Shown here: positions 1 through 8,589 of the stretch, one piece after another
Layout: each line of letters begins with the position of its first letter
Numbering within the stretch: the stretch's first letter is position 1
Assembly: GCA_052390515.1 (NCBI GenBank)
Contig: JBQTGV010000154.1
Location: 1-35,163, forward strand
Length of the DNA stretch: 35,163 nt
Source of the DNA: Candidatus Eiseniibacteriota bacterium
GTDB lineage: Bacteria > ARS69
Direction: 5' to 3'
The notes under the pieces: model-generated
Told to the model about the DNA's origin: nothing
The model's database searches: none
What the model saw: only the letters and a program-made list of their open reading frames with translations
Position numbers and translations under genes: made by a program

Positions 1-384
1 GACTACGAGCGTGAGCTCCGCGAGGCGTTCGGCCTGGACGTGCGCTTCGATCTCGTCCTCCTCGGAATGGGCGCGGACGGCCACACCGTCTCGCTCTTCG
101 CCGGGACGAAGGCGCTCGAGGAGCGGGATCGCCTGGTGGTCGAGCACCACGTACCGGCCGTCGGTTCGTGGCGGGTCACGATGACGCTCCCCGCGCTGAA
201 CGGCGCGCGCGCGCTGATGTTCGTCGTCTCCGGACGGGACAAGGCCGCGGCGCTGGCGAGGGTGCTGGCGGAACGGGGCGATTCGCCCCTGCCGGCGGCG
301 CGTGTCCGACCGGCCCGCGGAGAGCTGCTCTGGTTCGCCGACCGGGCGGCGCTCTCGCAGGCCGGCGAGGGACGCGGGGGCTGA
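1..384 (+). CDS. pgl: 6-phosphogluconolactonase, 5'-truncated
   Basis: Frame 1 is open from base 1; FDLVLLGMGADGHTVSLF, RVTMTLPALN, VSGRDKAAAL and LPAARV are 6PGL motifs. Confidence 0.93.
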   Translation, partial: DYERELREAFGLDVRFDLVLLGMGADGHTVSLFAGTKALEERDRLVVEHHVPAVGSWRVTMTLPALNGARALMFVVSGRDKAAALARVLAERGDSPLPAARVRPARGELLWFADRAALSQAGEGRGG

Positions 385-420
385 GGCCGCGCGCGGGGCG
401 ACGTCAGCCAGGCGTCGCAG

Positions 421-449
421 TCGACGAGCGGAGGGATCGGGCCTACTCT
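421..449 (+). promoter_or_regulatory. Putative sigma70 promoter for the DoxX gene
   Basis: TCGACG (421-426), 17 nt spacer, TACTCT (444-449); AAGGAG RBS at 487-492. Confidence 0.5.
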
Positions 450-499
450 GGCCGCGATACCGGCCGCCGGCCGGAAAACCGCTTCGAAGGAGAGATGCC

Positions 500-904
500 G
501 TGCGGAACGTGGATCTCGCGCTTCTGTTCCTGCGCGTCGGAGTCGGGCTGAGCATGCTGATCTTCCACGGATACGGGAAGCTGGCCGGAGGCGCGGAGAC
601 CTGGACCCGGGTCGGTGGCGGCATGGCGAATCTCGGGATCACGTTCCTGCCCACGATGTGGGGGCTGCTCGCGGCCCTTTCCGAGTCCGTGGGGTCCCTG
701 CTGCTGATTCTCGGCGTGTTCACTCGGCCGGCCGCCGCCTTCCTCGCCGTCACCATGTGCGTCGCCACGTTAAGCCACCTCAACTTGCCGCCGACGGAGC
801 CTTCGTCCGGCTGGAAGGGGGCTTCGCACGCCCTGGAGCTGCTCACGGTGTACGTCGCGCTCCTCATCGCCGGGCCGGGGAAGTACGCGGTCTCCCGAAA
901 GTGA
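500..904 (+). CDS. DoxX family membrane protein
   Basis: GTG start after AAGGAG; LALLFLRVGVG..M..HGYGKL, LLLILGVFTRPAA and GPGKYAVS are DoxX motifs; about 4 TM segments. Confidence 0.9.
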   Translation: MRNVDLALLFLRVGVGLSMLIFHGYGKLAGGAETWTRVGGGMANLGITFLPTMWGLLAALSESVGSLLLILGVFTRPAAAFLAVTMCVATLSHLNLPPTEPSSGWKGASHALELLTVYVALLIAGPGKYAVSRK

Positions 905-947
905 TCGGCGGACCCTCTCGTCTCTCTTTTTTTCACTCCGTCCCTGG

Positions 948-956
948 TGCTATGCT
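948..956 (+). promoter_or_regulatory. Putative extended -10 promoter for the M43 protease
   Basis: TGcTATGCT preceded by a T-rich tract (927-933); no good -35. Confidence 0.4.
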
Positions 957-1051
957 CGCAGCCGCTTGACCTCGCGCCGCGGGGTCGTGCCCCACAGGGG
1001 CGGGGCCACGCGACGTGTCCCCGCCTGCCGACATTCCCGAAGGAGAAGCTC

Positions 1052-3016
1052 ATGAAGCGCTGCTCCCACGCCCTTGCCGGGCTCGCGCTCGTCGCGGTCC
1101 TGGCCGCACCACTGTCGGCCGTCCCCGCCGACCGCTATTTCGTCGTCTACGATGCACCGGACGGTGCGTCCGTGCAGGGCGAGCGATGCGGGTCACCCGT
1201 TCCGACGCTCGCGGAGCAGCTCTCGGTCGAGGACCAGGTCAGCCGGTGGCTCGCCGACCATCCCGGTGCGGGTGCGTCCCGCGCCATCACCACGATTCCC
1301 GTGGCCATGCACGTGGTGCGAAGCAGCACAGGCTTGTGGGATGTCACCGATCAGATGATCACGGATCAGATCGCGGTGCTGAACGCGGCGTTCGCCACCA
1401 CGAACTTCCGGTTCACCCTGGCCAGCACCGACCGCACGAACAACACCACGTGGTCGCAGCACACGCCCGGATCCGCCGCAGAGACGGCGATGAAGACGGC
1501 GCTGGCCATCAGCCCCGCCACCACCTTGAACTTCTACTGCTGCAACATCGGGGGCGGCCTGCTCGGATACGCGACGTTCCCGTGGTCCTATCCGGAGACC
1601 AGCGTGATGCACGGCGTGGTGTGCCTGTACGCCTCGCTGCCGGGCGGCAGCGCCTTCCCATACGACGAGGGCGACACGGGGACGCACGAGATCGGGCACT
1701 TCGTCGGCCTCTATCACACGTTCGAAGGCGGCTGCAACGGCGGTGACCTGGTGGCGGACACTCCGGCCGAGGCGAGCCCTGCGTTCGGCTGCCCGGTCGG
1801 TCGCAACACCTGCCCCGCGGCAGGCAACGACCCGATCACGAACTTCATGGACTACACCGACGACTCCTGCATGAACCAGTTCACCCCGGGTCAGTCGGCG
1901 CGGGCGGACGCCCAGATGGCGTTGTTCCGCCCCACCATGCTGGGCGGTGGATGCTCGCCGACTCCGGCCTCGGACTTCTCCGGGTCGCCGACGACGGGCG
2001 TCGCGCCGTTGGCGGTCTCCTTCAACGACATCTCCACCGGCAGCCCCACGGCGTGGAGCTGGACGTTCGGTGACGGCGGCACGTCCACCGCGCAGAACCC
2101 GAGCCACACGTACACCGTTCCCGGCACCTACGACGTCGCCCTGACCATCACGAACGCCTGCGGCAGCAACACGATGACGAAGACGGGCTACGTCGTCGTG
2201 ACCAGCGGGACGACGACCATCACCTTCGACGACTTCGAAGTCAGCATGGGGACGTACTCGGACGGCGGCGTGGACTGCTTCCTGTACACCGGCGGAACGC
2301 ACGCCTGGCAGGGCACCGCAGCCGCGAACGTCCAGGACAACAGCCGCCGGGCCTCGTCGTTCTTCCACACGCTGGGATACAACGTGACCGGGTTAACGAC
2401 GCTCGAGGTGGACTTCTACTTCAAGGCCGTGAGCATGGAGACGGGCGAGGACTTCTTCGTGCGGTTCTTCGACGGTTCCACGTATCAGACCGTGGCCACG
2501 CTCGTTTCGGGCACGGACTTCACGAACGGCACGTTCTACCAGGTCACGGTGACGATCCCCAGCACCTCGTACACGTTCCCGACCAACGCGAAGCTGGCCT
2601 TCGCCTGTGACGCCAGCGCCGACAACGACGACGTGTACATCGATGCCATCACCTGGCGCGGCCTGACCAGCGGGGCGGCAGGCGGCACGCGCCTCGTCGC
2701 CGTGTCGGAAGGGACCGGCGAGAGCGAGGGACGCCTCGGGCTCGGCGGCGCCGGCGAGTTCTCGCTCGCGCAGAACCGGCCGAATCCGGTCAGCGGCGGC
2801 ACGAGCATCTCCTTCAGGCTGCCCTCGGCGGACCACGTCTCGCTCGAGGTGTTCGACGTGACCGGCCGCAAGGTCCTCACGCTGCTCGACGAGACGAGGG
2901 CGGCCGGTTCGCACTCGGTCGACGTGGAGCCGCGCGCGCTGTCGCCGGGTCTGTACTTCTACCGGCTGGTCGCCGGCGGTGAGTCGGCCCAGCGCAAGAT
3001 GGTGATCCTCGAGTGA
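1052..3016 (+). CDS. Secreted M43 (pappalysin/ulilysin-like) zinc metalloprotease with PKD domain, a beta-sandwich domain and a T9SS-like C-terminal domain
   Basis: AAGGAG RBS then ATG 1052; signal peptide; ERCG cysteine-switch-like propeptide; HEIGHFVGLYH zinc motif; NFMDY Met-turn; WSWTFGDG..QNPSHTY PKD; QNRPNP...PGLYFYRL...RKMVIL tail. Confidence 0.9.
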   Translation: MKRCSHALAGLALVAVLAAPLSAVPADRYFVVYDAPDGASVQGERCGSPVPTLAEQLSVEDQVSRWLADHPGAGASRAITTIPVAMHVVRSSTGLWDVTDQMITDQIAVLNAAFATTNFRFTLASTDRTNNTTWSQHTPGSAAETAMKTALAISPATTLNFYCCNIGGGLLGYATFPWSYPETSVMHGVVCLYASLPGGSAFPYDEGDTGTHEIGHFVGLYHTFEGGCNGGDLVADTPAEASPAFGCPVGRNTCPAAGNDPITNFMDYTDDSCMNQFTPGQSARADAQMALFRPTMLGGGCSPTPASDFSGSPTTGVAPLAVSFNDISTGSPTAWSWTFGDGGTSTAQNPSHTYTVPGTYDVALTITNACGSNTMTKTGYVVVTSGTTTITFDDFEVSMGTYSDGGVDCFLYTGGTHAWQGTAAANVQDNSRRASSFFHTLGYNVTGLTTLEVDFYFKAVSMETGEDFFVRFFDGSTYQTVATLVSGTDFTNGTFYQVTVTIPSTSYTFPTNAKLAFACDASADNDDVYIDAITWRGLTSGAAGGTRLVAVSEGTGESEGRLGLGGAGEFSLAQNRPNPVSGGTSISFRLPSADHVSLEVFDVTGRKVLTLLDETRAAGSHSVDVEPRALSPGLYFYRLVAGGESAQRKMVILE

Positions 3017-3044
3017 TCCTCGGGCGAAACCGCTGAGACGGATC

Positions 3045-3076
3045 GAGCCGCCCCGGATCACCGGGGCGGCTCTTTC
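3045..3076 (+). terminator. Intrinsic terminator hairpin between the two convergent protease genes
   Basis: Perfect 12-bp stem GAGCCGCCCCGG-ATCA-CCGGGGCGGCTC followed by TTTC. Confidence 0.75.
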
Positions 3077-3107
3077 GTGACCTCACGCCGCCGAAGCCGT
3101 TCCCATC

Positions 3108-6100
3108 TCAGCGTAGCAGCGCGATCTTCCTCGTCACCTGCCCCGCGTCCGTCTCCAAACGGACGAAGTACACTCCCGCGGCGACCGCTCGCCCGTCCCC
3201 GTCCCGTCCGTCCCAGCGCAGCGCGTGCCGTCCGGGCCTTTCCTGTCCATCGGCCAGGACCGCGATCCTCCGACCCTGCAGGTCGTACACCGCGACGCTC
3301 GCCCGTCCCGAGTTGGCCGGAACGGCGAGATCGATGACGGTCTGCGCATGGAAGGGATTGGGTCGTGCGGACGAAAGGGCGAACTCGGTCGGCAGCGGAT
3401 CGACCTGCGACGCGTCCACGACGCTCCCGTTCGTGGAGAAGACGATCTCGTAGCGCGCGTACTTCGGTGCGTCGGTCCAGGAGCTCTTGTACACCGCCAG
3501 TGCGTACCAGCCCGCGTTCAAGAACACGGAGAGATGCTCGTCGCCGCCGTCGCCCGCCGCGTTCGCGTAGGCCATGCCGGTGGCCTTGCTGTGGTAGGCG
3601 ATCGTTCCGTCGTACACGATCGACGCCACGTTCGTGCCGCCCTCGAGATTGTTCACCGAGACGTCGACCGTCATGGGAGCCGGCACATAGACCTCCCAGA
3701 GGTCCAGGACGTCGCCCTCATCCAGGCGGAACGCGCCGAAACGGGACACTCCCGGCGTGACCGTCCCCAGGATCGGACCGTCGGCCTGCTGGACGGTGAA
3801 GCTGTCCGTGGCGGCGTTGAAGTTGATCACGCCGTAGTCGAACGGCCCGAAGGGCACCACGTTGTGGTTGACGATGCAGAAGTCCGACGCACCGTTCAGG
3901 TCCTGGGACCACGTGAGCTGCGGCCCGAACCCGTCCTTGCTGCCCACGGACGGCGTGTGCAGGAACACGTCGTAGTCGGCCCCGCCTCCTTCGGGGAGCA
4001 CCCCCACCGCGGTCCAGTACGTGGTAGGGAAAGCCGAGCGGACTCCGTCGGATGACGGGTACGGGCCCCAACCCAGAGGATGCATCCGCGGCGGCGCGGC
4101 CCGCCCCACCGCCACCTGGTTCGCCAGATCCAGCGGCGTCCACACGAACCAGTCGACGAAAGAGTTGTCCGTCTCGGGAAGCTCGGCCACCTGCCCGAGC
4201 GCATCGGAATCCACGCGCACGTGGTGGCGTCCGCCGCGCACCAAGCTGGCCGGGTCGAGTCCCTGCAAGGTATTCGTCCATTGAGCGAACAAGCCCTGCC
4301 CCGTGCTCGCCGGAGCGAAGCCCGTCCAGTGATCCACGTCGTCCACGGCGAGCTCGGTTTGCCACGGGCTCGCCACGCTTCCCGGACCCTGGTTGATCGT
4401 CGAGAAGTTGAACGACGTCGTCGTCTGGTTCCCGGTGAGCGTCGCCGGCAGCGGTGCGAAGAACAGGCCCGCGTCCGTCGTGTTGCGTGGGACGACCGGC
4501 CCGTACCAGCCGATGGGAGTCGCGTCAGTGAGGTTGGGGATCTGGCTGACGACCAGATTGTACGTCACCGCCTCGTTCCAGCCCGCCCAGTCCCTCTTCC
4601 ACACGCAGATGCCGTGCCAGGCCCCGACCGAGGGGTTCACCACCACGAACTCGTCTGCGGTCGGACCCCACGAATCGGAGAACCCACCGGGGATCGCGGC
4701 CCACTTGTTGGTGAAGCCCGACGGGTCGTTGTGCACGGAGACGCCGTAGTCCGCGTTCCCCGAGACCCACTGGATCTGGATCCGAGTGGCCACTCCGCCG
4801 GCGAGGAAGATCTCGTGCAGGTCCACGACCTCTCCGGCTCCGAGCGTGTAGGGTCCGTTCACCCCGGGATTGGCGACGATACCCTGGTCCTGATCGAACT
4901 CGACGAGCTTGTTGCCGGTCCCGGACCAGTTGATGCCGGACGCCCAGTACGTGCCGCCCGCAACCGTGTTCCGGTCCACGATCACGAAGTCGCTGACCGC
5001 GCCGGCACCGCCGGATTGCGCCACCGTGGCACCGAATCCCTGCTGCGGGACGTTCAGGGGAACCTCGGTGTGGAGATAGATGTCGTGGTCGGTGGACGCG
5101 TCCGCCGGCAGCACGGCGAAGGCGTGCCAGTAGAATCCTCCGGTCGCTCCACTGAACCCTTCCGCGTTGTAGTAGGGCCCGGAGCCGGTGGAGGTCCGCG
5201 GCGGATCGTAGGAACGTATGACCGGCGCGTTCAGCGCCAGCACCGCTGGCGACCAGATGTACTGCCGCGACCAGTCGTTGTTCGTCTCCGACCACTCCGC
5301 CTCGACGTCCGCCCAGTCGGCGCGGGCGAGCAACGTGTGGCGACCTCCTTTGACGAAGTACGGCCCGTCGTTCCCGCACCACTGCCAGGCACCGGGCGCC
5401 AGGTTGGAGTTGAGGCAGATCCGCTCGAAGGATTCGTCCAGAAACAGGCCGGCCTGGGGGTTGTTCACCGTCGGCGTGTACGAGTAGCCCGGGTTCTCCT
5501 CCGTCCAGTTCCAGTACGTGCCGGCGACTTCGCCGGGAAGAGCACCCACCTGCAGGGGCGCGTAGCCGCCGTTGGTATCGCCCAGGGAGCGGGGCACGGC
5601 CGGGTACGTCCAGCCCGCGGGCGTGTACGACGCGACCACGTCCGGCTCGATCCAGTTGATCGCCTCGACGAGATCCGGCATCGGCCCGATGTTGCGGGAC
5701 AGAGGAGCACCCTGGGGCGTGCCGCCGATCGCCACGGAGACGCGCATCTGCGCCGGTGTGAGCGTGACGCCGTACTTCGCCTTGGAGATGCCCTGCAACG
5801 AGGCGCAAGCCCCGACGATCATCGGCGATGCGCTCGACGTCCCGCCGAAGCTCGAGGTGTACTGCTGGTCGCAGAAGCCGTTCGGATTGAACAGGCCGCC
5901 GTATCCGGTCGTATAGACCGCGCTGCCGTAGCCGTGGACGTTGACGCGGCTGCCCGCGTTCGACCAGCAGATGGGCGAATGGCTGCCCGCGAACCCGGCG
6001 CCGACCATGATCGCTCCGGAGTCGTGGATCGGGTTGAACCATCCGCCGTACACGCCGGAGTCCAGGTCCATGCCTCCGTTCCCCGCCGCCTCGACCACGA

Positions 6101-7301
6101 TGATGCCGTTCGCGGTGGCGGTCTGGATGGCGGCGAAACACGCCGCATCCCACTCGACCGGAACGAACTCCCACTGGCTCTGGCTGTTCGGCGGGCAGAG
6201 CAGACAGCCCGGATTGCAGGCCAGGCCCGAGACCGGCCCCGGGATGTGGATCTCGAGCAGCATGATCTCTCCGGAGACGAGCCACAGGTCGGCCTCCTGA
6301 ATGTTCGCCGCCCAGGAGACCTCAGAGTCGAAGTCGCATGCCTTCAAGGTGACGTCGGGCGTCATGCCCGTCACCCCGTGCGCGTTCGCGCAGGCGCCGA
6401 TCTCGCCGAGCACGGCCGTGCCGTGGTCAGGGTCGGCGATGCCGGACAGTCCGTTCAGGACGTCGCTCGCGTCGAAGTCGAGATCCTCGTGATTCGTGCA
6501 CCAGTCCCACTCGCAGTCCGCGATCCAGTACGACGGGCCGAAGCCGTCACCGCCTGCGTGATACGACCACGCATACTGCGAGTTCAGGCCCGCGGGTGCG
6601 GCGGTCAGATAGTTCTGGCTCGCCACCCAGTTCGGCGTGGCCGGGAAGGCGTCCGCCGGACAGGCCGGCGGGGCGGCCTTCGCCTGCAGGTACGCCGTTT
6701 CGACGATGTCGAGGGCCAGCAACTCGTTCGCGAGATCCACCCCGCGCCGGCTCGGCGCATCGAAGGTGAGCACGTAGAAGTTGTTGAGGTCGGCGAGCTC
6801 CCTGCCGGAGATCCTCTCCCCCGTGTCCTTGTTCTCGTCCAGGATGCGTTCCTCGGCGCCGAAGCAGCGCTGCAGCGTCGCATCGGGGAAGCGGGCGAGC
6901 ACCGCGTCCACCTCGGGCAAAGTCACTCCGTCGGCCTGGAGCCGACCCGAGCGCAGACGCACCTGCGTGCCCTCGATGAACTTCACGATGACCCGCTCGT
7001 GGGAGAGTCCCTCGTGCGCGTCCACCGTCGCCGGCTTCGGGAAGGTCGGCCGCCGCTCGAGGCGCGCGGTCCGCTCCGGGATGGCCAGCCCCATCCGCTC
7101 GAACTTCTCGCGGTGGCTCATGGGTATCCGCTCGAGGCCGTCGGGAAGCTCCGCGGTGCGGTGTCCCACGACCCGGCCCGTGCTGTCGTAATAGAAGTCG
7201 CCACGCACTTCGGCGATCTCGTAAGCGGATGCCGGCCGCGGAGAGATGGTCGCGGTCATCGCCACGAGGCCCAGAGCGGCCTGCGCCAGTCTCGTTCTCA
7301 T
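3108..7301 (-). CDS. Large secreted S8 (subtilase) serine protease with a duplicated CARDB/PPC-like module and an FlgD-Ig/T9SS-like C-terminal domain (1397 aa)
   Basis: GAGGAGG RBS, ATG 7301, signal peptide; catalytic Asp (IADCE), His (DHGTAVLG), oxyanion Asn (AAGNG), Ser (GGTSSASP); RPNPF...YDLQGRRI...WDGRDGDG...GVYFVRL tail. Confidence 0.9.
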   Translation of the reverse strand: MRTRLAQAALGLVAMTATISPRPASAYEIAEVRGDFYYDSTGRVVGHRTAELPDGLERIPMSHREKFERMGLAIPERTARLERRPTFPKPATVDAHEGLSHERVIVKFIEGTQVRLRSGRLQADGVTLPEVDAVLARFPDATLQRCFGAEERILDENKDTGERISGRELADLNNFYVLTFDAPSRRGVDLANELLALDIVETAYLQAKAAPPACPADAFPATPNWVASQNYLTAAPAGLNSQYAWSYHAGGDGFGPSYWIADCEWDWCTNHEDLDFDASDVLNGLSGIADPDHGTAVLGEIGACANAHGVTGMTPDVTLKACDFDSEVSWAANIQEADLWLVSGEIMLLEIHIPGPVSGLACNPGCLLCPPNSQSQWEFVPVEWDAACFAAIQTATANGIIVVEAAGNGGMDLDSGVYGGWFNPIHDSGAIMVGAGFAGSHSPICWSNAGSRVNVHGYGSAVYTTGYGGLFNPNGFCDQQYTSSFGGTSSASPMIVGACASLQGISKAKYGVTLTPAQMRVSVAIGGTPQGAPLSRNIGPMPDLVEAINWIEPDVVASYTPAGWTYPAVPRSLGDTNGGYAPLQVGALPGEVAGTYWNWTEENPGYSYTPTVNNPQAGLFLDESFERICLNSNLAPGAWQWCGNDGPYFVKGGRHTLLARADWADVEAEWSETNNDWSRQYIWSPAVLALNAPVIRSYDPPRTSTGSGPYYNAEGFSGATGGFYWHAFAVLPADASTDHDIYLHTEVPLNVPQQGFGATVAQSGGAGAVSDFVIVDRNTVAGGTYWASGINWSGTGNKLVEFDQDQGIVANPGVNGPYTLGAGEVVDLHEIFLAGGVATRIQIQWVSGNADYGVSVHNDPSGFTNKWAAIPGGFSDSWGPTADEFVVVNPSVGAWHGICVWKRDWAGWNEAVTYNLVVSQIPNLTDATPIGWYGPVVPRNTTDAGLFFAPLPATLTGNQTTTSFNFSTINQGPGSVASPWQTELAVDDVDHWTGFAPASTGQGLFAQWTNTLQGLDPASLVRGGRHHVRVDSDALGQVAELPETDNSFVDWFVWTPLDLANQVAVGRAAPPRMHPLGWGPYPSSDGVRSAFPTTYWTAVGVLPEGGGADYDVFLHTPSVGSKDGFGPQLTWSQDLNGASDFCIVNHNVVPFGPFDYGVINFNAATDSFTVQQADGPILGTVTPGVSRFGAFRLDEGDVLDLWEVYVPAPMTVDVSVNNLEGGTNVASIVYDGTIAYHSKATGMAYANAAGDGGDEHLSVFLNAGWYALAVYKSSWTDAPKYARYEIVFSTNGSVVDASQVDPLPTEFALSSARPNPFHAQTVIDLAVPANSGRASVAVYDLQGRRIAVLADGQERPGRHALRWDGRDGDGRAVAAGVYFVRLETDAGQVTRKIALLR
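3431..5645 (-). repeat. Intragenic tandem duplication of a ~369-aa module in the S8 protease
   Basis: Copy 1 from ~5645 (TPAGWTYPAVPR..GGRHTL..EWSETNN..YIWSP..PPR..GPY..YW..VLP..GFG); copy 2 from ~4538 (TPIGWYGPVVPR..GGRHHV..ELPETDN..FVWTP..PPR..GPY..YW..VLP..GFG). Confidence 0.85.
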
Positions 7302-7312
7302 GGAGGGCCTCC

Positions 7313-7831
7313 TCACTTCACGAGCCCCATCGAGCGGGCCCGCTCGACGGCGATCGCCGGATCGAGGGACGCCGGGCGGTGCGCTTCGGGGTGCAGCAGG
7401 TGGTCCATGGCCTTCTCGTACTCGGCGAGCCGGACGGCATCGCCGTCCAGCCGGGCGATCTCCATCCCGAAGCGCATCGATTCGAGCTGCAGCTCGCGCT
7501 TGAGGCCCGCGGCTTGCGTCTGAAGGTCGAGGCGAACCTCCGGATCGGCCTCCGCGGACAGGGAGACGACCAGGGCGTCGATCCGGGACTGCGTGGAGAC
7601 CTCCAGGTCGTAACGGCTGCGGTAGAGCTGCCGGATCTGGGCGCGGATCTCGGGGTCGCGGGACCGGATCGGTCCGCACTCGAAGATCCGCGGGTCGGGG
7701 AGGGCGCGGCCCTCGGGGGCGGGCTTCGCCTCGCCCGGGCTCTCGGTAGGGACGGTGCTGGTCTCCACGGCCGCCGCGGACGCGGCGAGTCCGAGGAGCA
7801 CGGCTGCGAGCAGGGGCATCGAGAAACGCAT
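7313..7831 (-). CDS. Hypothetical secreted alpha-helical protein, first gene of the S8 protease operon
   Basis: AAGGAG RBS, ATG 7831, signal peptide (LLAAVLLGLAASAAA), Pro-rich linker, heptad-like helical body; stop 11 nt before the S8 start. Confidence 0.75.
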   Translation of the reverse strand: MRFSMPLLAAVLLGLAASAAAVETSTVPTESPGEAKPAPEGRALPDPRIFECGPIRSRDPEIRAQIRQLYRSRYDLEVSTQSRIDALVVSLSAEADPEVRLDLQTQAAGLKRELQLESMRFGMEIARLDGDAVRLAEYEKAMDHLLHPEAHRPASLDPAIAVERARSMGLVK

Positions 7832-8001
7832 GAGGATCTCCTTCCGGGGCTCGGTTCGGGTCCGGCGCGCCACGCGGTCGGGCACCCGGTACCTACCCGG
7901 AAGAGCGCACCGGCCGGCGAAAAGAGGACATGCCGGGGGCCGCGACGCGTGGGCTGGACGGGTGCGATACTCCCGGCGCGTCGTTCCGGAGGTCCGTGGC
8001 C

Positions 8002-8589
8002 ATGACCGGGGACGTCACCCAGCTCCTGCTCTCGCTCAAGTCCGGCGACCCGGCCGCGCTCGACGCGCTGATGCCGCTGGTCTACGAGGAACTCCGCCGG
8101 CTGGCCCGGCGCCAGCTGGCTCCCCGCCGGCCGGGCCAGTCCCTCGAGACGAGCGATCTGCTGCACGAGGCGTATCTGCGGCTCTTCGATCAGAGCCGGG
8201 TCACGCCGGAAGATCGCCGCCACTTCTTCGCCCTGGCGGCCCGGGCCATGCGCCGCGTCATCATCGACCGCGCCCGGAGGCGGCGCGCGACCAAGCGCGG
8301 CGGCCACCTGCAGCGGGTCGATCTCGACTCCGGTGAGCCGCTCGTCGAGGAGAATGCGACTGAGCTCCTCGCCCTGGACGAGGCCCTGGAGAGGCTCCGC
8401 CGGATCGACGAGCGGCTGGTCCGGGTGATCGAGCTGCGCTTCTTCGCCGGCTTCACCGTGGATGAAACGGCCGCCATCCTCGGCCTGGACCCGCGGACCA
8501 TCCGGCGGGACTGGGAGAAGGCCCGCGCCATCCTGTACCGGGACCTCGACGGACCCGTCGCCGGCGCCGGGGAGACCGGGCATGGATGA
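8002..8589 (+). CDS. ECF sigma factor of the kinase-associated (TIGR02999/ECF43-like) type
   Basis: GGAGG RBS; VTQLL..GD..ALD.LMPLVYEELRRLA, L.HEAYLRL, HFFALAARAMRR.I.D.AR...A.KRGG, ELRFFAG.T..ETA..LG...TIRRDW. Confidence 0.93.
   Translation: MTGDVTQLLLSLKSGDPAALDALMPLVYEELRRLARRQLAPRRPGQSLETSDLLHEAYLRLFDQSRVTPEDRRHFFALAARAMRRVIIDRARRRRATKRGGHLQRVDLDSGEPLVEENATELLALDEALERLRRIDERLVRVIELRFFAGFTVDETAAILGLDPRTIRRDWEKARAILYRDLDGPVAGAGETGHG

Noticed and set aside
4080-7523. 1147-aa plus-strand ORF, and similar long ORFs 25707-29213, 15517-17943, 11077-12756, 31673-33229, 30065-31609, 22828-24420
   Set aside because: Antisense shadows of well-supported genes; Arg/Gly/Pro-rich with no motifs, as expected from high-GC codon bias
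7302-7679. N-terminal extensions in the ORF track (S8 from 7679, TonB receptor from 15167, HK from 17778, cysT from 19500, lipoprotein from 33072, DoxX from 302)
   Set aside because: They overlap neighbouring genes or promoters; downstream starts have RBSs or coupling and give proper signal peptides or family N-termini
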